NCBI GenBank assembly: GCA_045568475.1
Contig: JBJLAY010000028.1
Location: 121 to 64,120, forward strand
Source: Candidatus Poseidoniaceae archaeon
GTDB lineage: Archaea > Thermoplasmatota > Poseidoniia > Poseidoniales > Poseidoniaceae
Length of the DNA: 64,000 nucleotides
Direction: 5' to 3'
Shown: piece by piece, positions 40,713-49,879 of the stretch
Layout: each line of letters opens with the position of its first letter
How positions within the stretch are numbered: the first letter of the stretch is position 1
Notes under the pieces: model-generated
Databases searched by the model: none
Told to the model about the DNA's origin: nothing
Seen by the model: the letters and a program-made list of their open reading frames with translations, nothing else
Position numbers and translations under genes: made by a program

Positions 40713-41552
40713 TTGGCTCTTCTAGCCAAAGGCGGATTTCTGCCAGTAATCACTCCTGCATTAATGGGAACAGGTTTCATTCTAGTCGGTTGGTTTGTAG
40801 ATCCATTATTCGGAGTAGCTCCTGGTTTGGGAATATTCATGCTAATGCTTTCAGCATTTTTCGCTAATTTCTGGAGAGATCCCGACCGGCCAATACCTCG
40901 CGATGAAGGAATAATTGTCTCTCCGGCAGATGGACATGTTATGTTCGCACGAAGAGAAAGAGCGACTGGCCGCAGACCATCTAGTGAAGAAATGGAAGCT
41001 GCAGAAGTAGACGAACTTACAGGAACATGGCATCCTGAGCCGTGCGAAGAAGTTCTATCATTCTCGACCGAGCAAAGATTCGAAGCAGTTCCAAAAGGCG
41101 AAGAATCAGACAATGATGTATGGAGAGTTGCAGTATTCATGTCTCCCCTTGATGTTCATGTAAATCGCTCTCCAATCGCTGGTAAGATTATCAGAATGGA
41201 ACATAGAACTGGAAAAGGGATGCGCAGAGGACCTTTCTTACCGGCATTCAAGAAAGAAAGCGAGTACAATGAACGAGTCAGAACCCTGTTTGAAAGGGAG
41301 GATGGTTTGATTGTTGAAGTAATGCAAATATCGGGAGCTCTTGCCCGTACAATTATTCCTTGGACTGGAGAAGGCGACACCTTACGCCGTGGCGAGAGGT
41401 TTGGAATGATTAGACTTGGTAGCCGAGTCGACGTTAGAGTTCCAGCAAATCGATTCAAGCCTTGCGTAATCAGTGCAGAGGATGGTGACAAAGCACATCC
41501 GAAAGGCGAGTTTGTCAAAGCGGGCTCGACAATTCTCTACAAGGAGTTGTAA
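40713..41552 (+). CDS. psd: Phosphatidylserine/archaetidylserine decarboxylase proenzyme
   Basis: FWRDPDR, SPADG, FMSPLDVHVNRSP, NER, IRLGSRVD cleavage motif; TTG start after a GAGGTGA SD. Confidence 0.9.
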   Translation: MALLAKGGFLPVITPALMGTGFILVGWFVDPLFGVAPGLGIFMLMLSAFFANFWRDPDRPIPRDEGIIVSPADGHVMFARRERATGRRPSSEEMEAAEVDELTGTWHPEPCEEVLSFSTEQRFEAVPKGEESDNDVWRVAVFMSPLDVHVNRSPIAGKIIRMEHRTGKGMRRGPFLPAFKKESEYNERVRTLFEREDGLIVEVMQISGALARTIIPWTGEGDTLRRGERFGMIRLGSRVDVRVPANRFKPCVISAEDGDKAHPKGEFVKAGSTILYKEL

Positions 41553-41554
41553 TC

Positions 41555-42610
41555 ATGGGTTTCAAGAAAGAAATAATGCCAGTAATCCTGATGCTTATTG
41601 TTTTCATGCCCACTGGATATTATCTAGCAGGCAAGCAAGTGTACGATGTTGTAGCGCACACAAATACAGATTGCTGGGGTAATTTCGACCAAAACAATCC
41701 TGAACAATTCGCACCATTGCGTAACGAAGTCCCGCTCAACGAGTCAACCAATTCCGAGAACATAACATCGAATATCATGGAAGGACTCTCTGAATACTGG
41801 TGGCCTGGATACGAAAACGCGACTATTGAAGTTGAAGATGAAGACTTATTCTTGTCTGCTTGGTATCTCAGACAAAACGATTCAATGCCATGGGTAATAT
41901 TTGTCCATGGAATTAGAGGTTGCAAGTCTGGTGGGGAATTGATGATTTCATCTGGAATGCTAGCAAATGCAGGATTCAATGTCATTTCCTTTGACCTGAG
42001 AGATCATGGTGAATCATCAATTGATGATAACCGTGTTTCAGGAGGCCAAGATGAGTGGAAAGACGTAGTTGCTGTATTCGATTGGTTGGTCGAAGAACAG
42101 GGTGCTGAGCCAGAAGACATCGGGATGTTTGGCACTTCAATGGGTGCCGGAACAGTAGCAATTGCCTTCTCTTTAGATGATAGAATGCAATCGGTTTGGC
42201 TCGATTCGGGATATTCGGATATGGGTAAGATTGTAGTCGAAGAATTAGAATTCCAAGGCCTTCCAACATTCTTAGGACCTGCTGGAATATTCGCTGGTAA
42301 AATATCTGCAGGCCAAAACTTAGTGGAATATTATCCACTTGAAGCAGCATCAGAAATTGGCGACCGTCACATGTATGTAGTTCATGGAAAGCAAGACAAA
42401 AGAGTTCAATTTCATCACGGCGAAGAAATGTGTGAAATAGCCATGGAAAATGGATTGGAAGGCAATGTAGAATGTTGGTTTGAAGACTCTGTTATCAGAT
42501 ATGATGTTGGAGAAGGAATGGCTAATGATGAGCACGTTACTTTGATGTTGACTCATACCGATGATTATGAAACTCGCTTGGTTGATTTCTTTACACGGTC
42601 CTTGATGTGA
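41555..42610 (+). CDS. Membrane-anchored alpha/beta hydrolase
   Basis: VHG, DLRDHGES, GTSMG, VHGKQD, C-terminal H. Confidence 0.85.
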   Translation: MGFKKEIMPVILMLIVFMPTGYYLAGKQVYDVVAHTNTDCWGNFDQNNPEQFAPLRNEVPLNESTNSENITSNIMEGLSEYWWPGYENATIEVEDEDLFLSAWYLRQNDSMPWVIFVHGIRGCKSGGELMISSGMLANAGFNVISFDLRDHGESSIDDNRVSGGQDEWKDVVAVFDWLVEEQGAEPEDIGMFGTSMGAGTVAIAFSLDDRMQSVWLDSGYSDMGKIVVEELEFQGLPTFLGPAGIFAGKISAGQNLVEYYPLEAASEIGDRHMYVVHGKQDKRVQFHHGEEMCEIAMENGLEGNVECWFEDSVIRYDVGEGMANDEHVTLMLTHTDDYETRLVDFFTRSLM

Positions 42611-42646
42611 GCGAGGATTCAAACACGCGAAGCGGGACGGATTACT

Positions 42647-43813
42647 ATGGCGAATGGTAAATTGACCATGGTGGGCAACTCCGATAAGAGAGCAGCCCGC
42701 ATTCATGATTTGGTCAAAGCGCCAGCAAATGCACCATGGGCCCAGGAGAGAAAGAACTCTTGGGATGCTAAAGACCCAGCAACTGTTTACTACACACCCG
42801 AAACTCTTGCAGATGGAACTCCAACCACTGCACTTACTGTTATTCTAAGAACCAAGGGCTGCCATTGGTGGTGGTCTAGTGGATGTACATTCTGTGGTTA
42901 TTTCAATGACACACGTGATGATGTTACAAGCGAAGATCTTCATTCACAATGGGAAAAGTCCCTCGCAAGATTTGATGATTTCGAATCCATGGGCATGGTA
43001 AAGGTTTACACATCCGGAAGTCTGCTAGAAGACAGAGAAATACCAGTCGACTTCCAAGAAAGAGTTCTTCGAGATTGTCATGAGATGGGCAAGGAGTTAG
43101 TCGTCGAGAGTCGAACTGAACAACTATCGAAAGAAAAGTTGCAATGGGCCACCAGCATTAATCCTAAATTCTCAGTAGCGATTGGATTGGAAGCGTATGA
43201 TGATGAAGTCTTACGTTTCCATGTGAACAAAGGATTCAGTATCAAAAGTTGGGATAAGGCAGTTGAGAATTTGCAACACTTTGGTCTTAGAGTCAAAACG
43301 TATCTGATGTTTAAGCCGCCTTTCATGAGCGAAGGAGACGCTCTAACTCATGGAGCTAAGTGGATTAGAGATGTGGCTAGTCGGAGCGACGAAATCAGTG
43401 TCAACCCAATGAATATTCAGAGAGGGACAGTAATTGACCGCTTATTCAGAACTAACGAATACCGCCCACCGTGGCTTTGGTCTCTCATTCAGTTGATTCA
43501 TGATGTCCACTATGATATTCACCCCACAAATTCAGGCAATGGTTCTGAAGATCAAGTAAGCCGTCTGATTATCCATCCTACCGCTGGCGGTAAAGTTAGA
43601 GGTTCTCATAATTGCGGAACTTGTGACGGAGATGTAGTAGCTGCCATAGAACGATATTCTGTGAGTGGAGACATCCATGATTTGGATGGCTTAGATTGCG
43701 ACTGCAAGGCTGTTTGGAGGCGTGAAGTAGACCTCGACAATTCCATGCCAATCCCTCTTGGTTCAGGTAAGAATCGAAGAGGAAACGCACTGTCTCATCT
43801 ACGCTCGCCCTGA
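42647..43813 (+). CDS. Archaeosine biosynthesis radical SAM protein RaSEA
   Basis: ILRTKGCHWWWSSGCTFC, KVYTSGS, VESR, KPPF, YRPPWLWS, RGSHNC. Confidence 0.88.
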   Translation: MANGKLTMVGNSDKRAARIHDLVKAPANAPWAQERKNSWDAKDPATVYYTPETLADGTPTTALTVILRTKGCHWWWSSGCTFCGYFNDTRDDVTSEDLHSQWEKSLARFDDFESMGMVKVYTSGSLLEDREIPVDFQERVLRDCHEMGKELVVESRTEQLSKEKLQWATSINPKFSVAIGLEAYDDEVLRFHVNKGFSIKSWDKAVENLQHFGLRVKTYLMFKPPFMSEGDALTHGAKWIRDVASRSDEISVNPMNIQRGTVIDRLFRTNEYRPPWLWSLIQLIHDVHYDIHPTNSGNGSEDQVSRLIIHPTAGGKVRGSHNCGTCDGDVVAAIERYSVSGDIHDLDGLDCDCKAVWRREVDLDNSMPIPLGSGKNRRGNALSHLRSP

Positions 43814-43885
43814 TATCTCGCTGGTCAATGTTTATGACCGAACCACAGGTGGCGTAAATGACCCCTACGGGGTCAAGGTGATATC

Positions 43886-44158
43886 ATGACCAACAATACC
43901 ATCCTACCAGATGTATCTGAAGGAGTTGCAGAACCGTCCGCATCGCGAATAATTATTGTCTTAATGAGCGTGGGTTTAGTCGGCCTTATTGCAATGTTTA
44001 GCAACATCTTTGGATGGGACAATCTTCCAGTAATCGGCGACATTATTCCATTCATGGATAACCTTGGAGGTTCTGCGATTTGGTACTATTTAATCGGAAT
44101 CATTGTTGGTTGTGGGATGATAATTTCCAATCTAATCGGAGGCGTCCTTTCGGACTAG
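43886..44158 (+). CDS. Small 2-TM membrane protein
   Basis: Two hydrophobic helices; AGGTGA SD; 12 nt upstream of the next gene. Confidence 0.7.
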   Translation: MTNNTILPDVSEGVAEPSASRIIIVLMSVGLVGLIAMFSNIFGWDNLPVIGDIIPFMDNLGGSAIWYYLIGIIVGCGMIISNLIGGVLSD

Positions 44159-44170
44159 GAGGTGTGATGT

Positions 44171-46342
44171 ATGTCAGAGGCATTTACAACAGCGATTATT
44201 CTACTTGGCACACTTTTGCTATTCACGCACTATATCCAGAAAGGATTTGGCGGAATGAGTAATCCTCTTCGTCAATTTGGAATGTTCCTTCTAACTAAAG
44301 CAGCAGGACCTGCGGCAGACATGTTCCAAGAGAGAGAAGGATCAGGTGCAAAGACCTGGATGCAAACCGGTGTATTCTGGCTAATATTGGCTGGTGCAGG
44401 CGGTTTCCTTTCAGCTTGGCATAATTACGATCCAGCGGCTTTGGACTCTCTTTCTAACGTCGGATGGTCGTATGATGACGGCAGTGCTCTTGCCTACTTC
44501 AGCGAGGTTGCAATGACCACTGCATTGTTCGCAATACTTCTCGGTGGAGCACTTGTTGCCCACACTAGGACAACCGGCTCCGGGCTTGCAAGTGAGGCAA
44601 ATGCATCTATGATAGCATTGGCTTGGACTGTTCAAGCACTAGTCGGACTAGTTCTATGCGTTCTAGACCACTGGGATTTCATTACCTATGGTGCGACTCA
44701 GATGGCATTGTATGGTCTAGTTTCAGCACTTCTGGTAATGAGCCTATTAGTTAACTCACTAATCACATTAGGAAACCGCGGCGAATCCCCAGTATCAGTT
44801 CCTTCATGGTTCATGATACTCGCACTAGTAGTCCTTCTCTTCAGTAGAGTAAGCCATGCTCTTGGAGAAACACTAGGATGGACAGGAACAGTTTGGATTG
44901 CCGACATTATCGCATCAGGCTGGGTTCCTTTGGCTCTAATGTTTGCAGTTGGATACCATGTCCTTTCCCATGTATCTGAACAACCGATTTGGTCTGGAAG
45001 CCTAACAAAAGCCTCCATGTTCCTACTATTCGTAACAGTACCTCCGTTCTTCTTGGCGGAATCAACCCATGCTGATTCATTCACGCAATCTATTGGCGCT
45101 ATTCTAGTGACAGTTGGATTGATGCCAATCTTTGCCGCATCTGCTAACATGATTGCAACTATGCGTGGTAATGCTAGCGCTGTAGTGAATAGCCCTGGAG
45201 CAACAGCAGCGGCAGGTGGAGCAATACTATTGCCAATCTTTGCATTACTAGGTTACTTCACTGGTCTGAATGTAATGGTGGGCGATGGCAGTATGGCAAA
45301 TGTTGCAGAGACTGTTAACTCGTCTTACCTGTATGTCATTGGAGGATTATTCGCACTAGCTGCACTATTCCACTCTTATCCTTTAGCAGCAGGTAAAGAA
45401 TTGACTGGCTCAGCAGGGGCAGCATCATGGCTTGTTATCGCTGGTGGACTTCTATCGACTATCCTTTTCCTAATGGGCGAGTGGACTGAAAATGCACTAA
45501 TCGAATCTGAAGTAGAAGATCCAACAGTTGGTCTTTCTGGATTCGCAATCACAGGTGCATTCGCATTCTACGGTGTCGTAATCGGATACATTCTGGCAGG
45601 TAACAGCGTTGTCAAAACACTACTCGGTGGAAATGCAATGGCAACACCTTCGGGTACAACAAGCGACATATCTTCTTACAACCTAGTCGAAGGAACTACC
45701 TCGATTAGGGCATTGTTCGGCAGGGGTGTAGGAATTGATACAACCTTGGTAATTGGTGAATCAGAAGAAGAAGGACCAAGCGGTTCTACAGTGATCGAAG
45801 TATCTGCGGACCTTCACAACGATAAAGTTGACGAGTTCCCAGTTAGTTTCGATGAGGATCTTGTTACACTCACAAAGTGGCTATGTGGCCGTGGGACTAC
45901 CACAGCACAGTTCTTCGCGTGGGCAGATGTCGATAACTCTGGAGAGATTGATATGTTTGAATTCTCGAACGCATTAAGAGTTGGAGAAATCGCAAACCTG
46001 CCTCCATGGGATGTCGAGAAGTTAGTGAAAGTAATGGACATAAACTCGGACGGAAGAATTAACCTTCCAGAGCTAGACATTACTCTAATGAATATCAGAA
46101 ACACCCTTGGAATCGAATTCATTCCTTACGAGGAAGATTCTGATGATGAGGCCGAAAATGAAGCAGAGGAAGCCACAACTTCAGAGGATGAATCTGAAGA
46201 AGAGACAGAGGATTCTAGCGCTCCTTCTGAGGCTGAACTAAAGAAGATGAAGAAAGCGGAATTAGTCGATGTTGCAAAGTCAATGGGATTGTCCCATACT
46301 GGAACAAAAGCAGACATAATTGAGCGTATTACTCAGGCGTGA
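44171..46342 (+). CDS. Degenerate heme-copper oxidase subunit I (CcoN-like) fused to two EF-hands and a SAP/HeH-like domain
   Basis: About 12-13 TM with CcoN-like landmarks (VSVPSWF, YHVLSHVSEQPIWS, QSIG, NMIATMRG); EF loops DVDNSGEIDMFE and DINSDGRINLPE; LKKMKKAELVDVAKSMGLSHTGTKADIIERI; GGAGGTG SD. Confidence 0.65.
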   Translation: MSEAFTTAIILLGTLLLFTHYIQKGFGGMSNPLRQFGMFLLTKAAGPAADMFQEREGSGAKTWMQTGVFWLILAGAGGFLSAWHNYDPAALDSLSNVGWSYDDGSALAYFSEVAMTTALFAILLGGALVAHTRTTGSGLASEANASMIALAWTVQALVGLVLCVLDHWDFITYGATQMALYGLVSALLVMSLLVNSLITLGNRGESPVSVPSWFMILALVVLLFSRVSHALGETLGWTGTVWIADIIASGWVPLALMFAVGYHVLSHVSEQPIWSGSLTKASMFLLFVTVPPFFLAESTHADSFTQSIGAILVTVGLMPIFAASANMIATMRGNASAVVNSPGATAAAGGAILLPIFALLGYFTGLNVMVGDGSMANVAETVNSSYLYVIGGLFALAALFHSYPLAAGKELTGSAGAASWLVIAGGLLSTILFLMGEWTENALIESEVEDPTVGLSGFAITGAFAFYGVVIGYILAGNSVVKTLLGGNAMATPSGTTSDISSYNLVEGTTSIRALFGRGVGIDTTLVIGESEEEGPSGSTVIEVSADLHNDKVDEFPVSFDEDLVTLTKWLCGRGTTTAQFFAWADVDNSGEIDMFEFSNALRVGEIANLPPWDVEKLVKVMDINSDGRINLPELDITLMNIRNTLGIEFIPYEEDSDDEAENEAEEATTSEDESEEETEDSSAPSEAELKKMKKAELVDVAKSMGLSHTGTKADIIERITQA

Positions 46343-47622
46343 ATGGAATGCGCATAGGTTTGGTTGGAAAGCCAAATGTAGGCAAATCAACATACTTTAG
46401 CGCAGCTACCTTAGCCAAAGTTGACATTGCAAATTATCCGTTTTGTACAATAGATCCCAATGTAGGTGTAGCGTTTTTAGCAGCACCTCAGCCATGCCCC
46501 TGCAAGGATTTGCGCGAGCGTCTAGAAGCAGACGGAAGAATGGATGCAGTTTCAGATGACGACCCACGAAAAGGAAGTATTTGCGAACCAAGAACGGGTA
46601 CTTGCATCGGGCATGTTCGACTAGTTCCTACTTTCTTGGTAGATGTGGCTGGTTTAGTTCCAGGTGCATCAGAAGGAAGAGGCAGAGGAAATGCCTTCCT
46701 AGCAGACTTAGCAAACTGTGACGCTTTGATCCAAGTTGTAGATGCAGCAGGACTTACAGACATTGAAGGAAACCCCATCGCAGCAGTAGAGGATGTAGAA
46801 TCTTCACTAAAGGAAGAGACATCTTTCCTAACTGCAGAATTAGATTCATGGATACATGGAATACTCGATGACGGCTGGTCCAGAGGTTCACGAAGGGTAC
46901 AGGCAGAAGGCGAAAAAGGATTGAGCACATTCTTGCATGAGAGATTTACAGGCCTAGGTGCAAATCTTTCTCACGTTTTACAAGCTCTTGATGGATTTAG
47001 AAACCAATGGGGCGATCTAGACACACCTTGGATGTGGTCAGAAGAGAAGGTACATTCACTTGCTTACCATCTAAGAAAGCAACTCTTCCCTATTCATATC
47101 GCTGCCAATAAGGCTGATTCATCCAAGGGTACACCATGGGATGCAATCGAATCAAACGGTATTATTCAACCAACCATGGCTGACATGGAGTTAGCATTAC
47201 GAAGAGCGGATTCGGGAGGAATGATTTCCTACAACCCGGGAAGTCTGACGTTTTCAATTACAGACGAGTCTAAACTAAATCCTGCACAGATTAATGCACT
47301 TTCTTCGATGAAAGAAAAATTGTCTAGTGCTGGAGGAACCGGTGTTTCATTGCTACTCTCGAGAGTGCTATTCGATGCATTAACACATGTAGTCGTATAT
47401 CCGGTAGCAGATGAAAATGCCTGGAAAGACGGAGATGGCAGGATATTGCCCGATGCTTTCGTAGTTCCTGATGGAATAGAAACCAAGGCTCTTGCTTACA
47501 AGGTTCACAGTGACTTAGGAGACGGTTTCATCAAAGCAGTAGATGGCCGAACTCGTAGAGTCGTAGGTGCTGACCATGAATGTAGTGACAACGATGTGAT
47601 TAAGATTCACGCAAAGTCGTGA
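46339..47622 (+). CDS. ychF: YchF/OLA1 family ATPase (Obg superfamily, TGS domain)
   Basis: GKPNVGKST, ANYPFCTIDPN, DVAGLV, ANKAD, VHSDLGDGFI. Confidence 0.9.
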   Translation: MNGMRIGLVGKPNVGKSTYFSAATLAKVDIANYPFCTIDPNVGVAFLAAPQPCPCKDLRERLEADGRMDAVSDDDPRKGSICEPRTGTCIGHVRLVPTFLVDVAGLVPGASEGRGRGNAFLADLANCDALIQVVDAAGLTDIEGNPIAAVEDVESSLKEETSFLTAELDSWIHGILDDGWSRGSRRVQAEGEKGLSTFLHERFTGLGANLSHVLQALDGFRNQWGDLDTPWMWSEEKVHSLAYHLRKQLFPIHIAANKADSSKGTPWDAIESNGIIQPTMADMELALRRADSGGMISYNPGSLTFSITDESKLNPAQINALSSMKEKLSSAGGTGVSLLLSRVLFDALTHVVVYPVADENAWKDGDGRILPDAFVVPDGIETKALAYKVHSDLGDGFIKAVDGRTRRVVGADHECSDNDVIKIHAKS

Positions 47623-49332
47623 TTATTCTTCATCAATCTCTTCTCTAGCCACTTCTAATTGTAGAGCTATTGTCATTTTATCTGGCTCTTCAGTAGTAGA
47701 GGGAGCAACAGGTGACATCATTTCACCTACTTCCACATACAGACTAGGTCCATTTGCCATGAAGTAAACAGATCCTCTACCGTCTCTAGAATCTGCAGCA
47801 GTAGCGTTTTCATTTGTCGCACATTCACCAGTACAACCATCAGCGAAAGCAACATAGACACGCCCTTCTCTATTGATATGCAAATCATTGAAGTCCAGCA
47901 GGTTACGATTAGAACCACCAATGTCTCTACAATCTCCTGAATTCAGACAAATAGAACCCATCTGAACAGGGTCATCTGTAACTCTCTTTGTATGGAAGGT
48001 AGGGTTTTCGTCTAGAGCATTTAGGCTGTATGTGATGTAAAGATGGTAAGTGATGTTGTTTACTGCATAGTGAGCATTTCCATCCCAAGGGTTCCCATCG
48101 ATATCAGGTTGTCCAATCATGGCAGAGTCTTCACTTCCTAGGTAAGTGATAGCAATTCTTCCAGGATCTCCCGCATCGGTTTGTGGAAATACAGATGAAA
48201 TAATTCCTTTAGGTGAAATTCGAATACTTTCTTGTTCCCAAGTCTCGCCAGAATCAATCGAGCGAGACATGTATACTCCTTCATCTGCCCCAGTCCAAAT
48301 GTGATAAGCATTAGATTCGGTATCGGCAGAAACTTCAGAATTTTTTCGTGGGTTCGGAGTTCCTACATCTTCTCCCATCGACCTTTCAAACCATGAGAAT
48401 CCATTGTCCTTTGATACGATTACTGTAGGGGTTGCAACTCGCGGAGTGACGTATACAGTTCCATCTGGTGCAGTAGAAATAGCTCCATGTAATCCACCGT
48501 TAGTAGTTGCTAATCCAATAATTTGTCCACCCGCTTCAAATGTGGCTCCTCCATCAAAACTAGTGAAACAGAATATTCCTACTAACTTGTTGTAGCAGTA
48601 GTAAACAGCGGTTTCGTATAAGTTGGTAGTCAAAGATCCAATGGCTGCATATGGGCCAGTATTTGTCCATGGCCCACTCGCTAGTTTGATGTGGTCATTG
48701 ATCGGAGTTGTTCCGGAGTCGTGCGGGTTTCCTAACCAACTTTCACCATCATCGTCGCTCCAGCAAATCCATGAAGTTTCTAGACCAATCATTTGGACAT
48801 TGAAAATTCGGTCAGTGATAGGGTCTACCCATCCGTAAGGGTCACTGGTTGTAGGGGAGCACTGTACAGGGTCCTGGGTTTCTTGCCATGCTTCGCCATG
48901 GTCACAGGATCTCATCACCTTCTCCATGGCTATGAAGAAGATACATCCACTAGATGTTATTCCAATACTAGGTTCCTTTCCGGTTTCACCAACGTCGCTG
49001 AATATGAAATCCATATCTAATGGGGCTTCATCAACAGGCATTCCTGAACTATCTGTAACGAAGACAGTAGGATCATCTACGGTGATAATTTCTGAATCAG
49101 CTTCTAATCCTCCTTTATCTGAAGACATTATAGTGTAAAGAATAGTTGAAGATAATAGTAGTATTACTAGGCCTATTGCCACGGCAGCATTAGTAGATAG
49201 AGTACCGAAAATTGGTAGATTCGACTTTTGCTCCCCCAAAGGTTCGTCAATAATTTCCGCATCCAAAATAGCATCATCAGCGTCGACTACAGCACCGTCA
49301 ATTGTAGCTGATTTATCGAACTCTTCATCCAT
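47623..49332 (-). CDS. Membrane-anchored Asp-box (BNR) beta-propeller, sialidase-like fold
   Basis: Asp boxes SCDHGEAW, SDDDGESW, SFDGGATF, SKDNGFSW, SIDSGETW; N-terminal TM. Confidence 0.78.
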   Translation of the reverse strand: MDEEFDKSATIDGAVVDADDAILDAEIIDEPLGEQKSNLPIFGTLSTNAAVAIGLVILLLSSTILYTIMSSDKGGLEADSEIITVDDPTVFVTDSSGMPVDEAPLDMDFIFSDVGETGKEPSIGITSSGCIFFIAMEKVMRSCDHGEAWQETQDPVQCSPTTSDPYGWVDPITDRIFNVQMIGLETSWICWSDDDGESWLGNPHDSGTTPINDHIKLASGPWTNTGPYAAIGSLTTNLYETAVYYCYNKLVGIFCFTSFDGGATFEAGGQIIGLATTNGGLHGAISTAPDGTVYVTPRVATPTVIVSKDNGFSWFERSMGEDVGTPNPRKNSEVSADTESNAYHIWTGADEGVYMSRSIDSGETWEQESIRISPKGIISSVFPQTDAGDPGRIAITYLGSEDSAMIGQPDIDGNPWDGNAHYAVNNITYHLYITYSLNALDENPTFHTKRVTDDPVQMGSICLNSGDCRDIGGSNRNLLDFNDLHINREGRVYVAFADGCTGECATNENATAADSRDGRGSVYFMANGPSLYVEVGEMMSPVAPSTTEEPDKMTIALQLEVAREEIDEE

Positions 49333-49466
49333 CCAAATCACCTTACTATTTTTTCACCGATTTTAGAATATACATTAATTCGGCTTCTGTGCAAACGAGT
49401 CTGTATTGCTTGGGTATTTAGTAAAATTGCCGAATTGGGTTTAAGAGAAAATTCAGTAGAATTCAA

Positions 49467-49853
49467 TCAATGTCCCTCGGGGCGCTCATATTCAGGAGTC
49501 AATCTTGCCATAACTGCCATGTGCTTTGAAGAAAAGAAGAACATGTAAATTGGAACTAATAGGGTGCAAATAGCAAGAAGAATTAGTGTATAAATTCCCC
49601 ACGGCTCAACACTTCTGATAAACAAAGTCCATGCAATCCAGAGAACAGAAAGCCACATCAAAGGCGACCAGCGTCTAGCCATTGCAGAGAATCTTGCATT
49701 GGCAGTAGAACTATCGTATAGTGAAGCAGCCTCTTCTTGGGTCACTAATCCTTTCTCAACTCCACATCGAACACAGACCTGACTTTTAGGTCCATTTCCA
49801 TGTATGAATTGCTCACGGGCATAGGTGCCGTAGCAGTGACGACAGGTCGGCAT
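49467..49853 (-). CDS. Zn-finger (CxxC-CxxC) membrane protein
   Basis: CRHC...CVRC followed by two TM helices. Confidence 0.65.
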   Translation of the reverse strand: MPTCRHCYGTYAREQFIHGNGPKSQVCVRCGVEKGLVTQEEAASLYDSSTANARFSAMARRWSPLMWLSVLWIAWTLFIRSVEPWGIYTLILLAICTLLVPIYMFFFSSKHMAVMARLTPEYERPEGH

Positions 49854-49879
49854 GTTATCCGCCACTAACCGCCTCCACT

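Noticed and set aside
44171..46342. Functional cbb3 oxidase or NO reductase
   Set aside because: Ligand motifs (WxxH, HH, HxH) are absent and there are no ccoO/ccoP/norC neighbours
46339..47622. Cys cluster insertion in YchF (CPC...C...C) as a novelty
   Set aside because: To my knowledge a usual feature of archaeal YchF-family proteins
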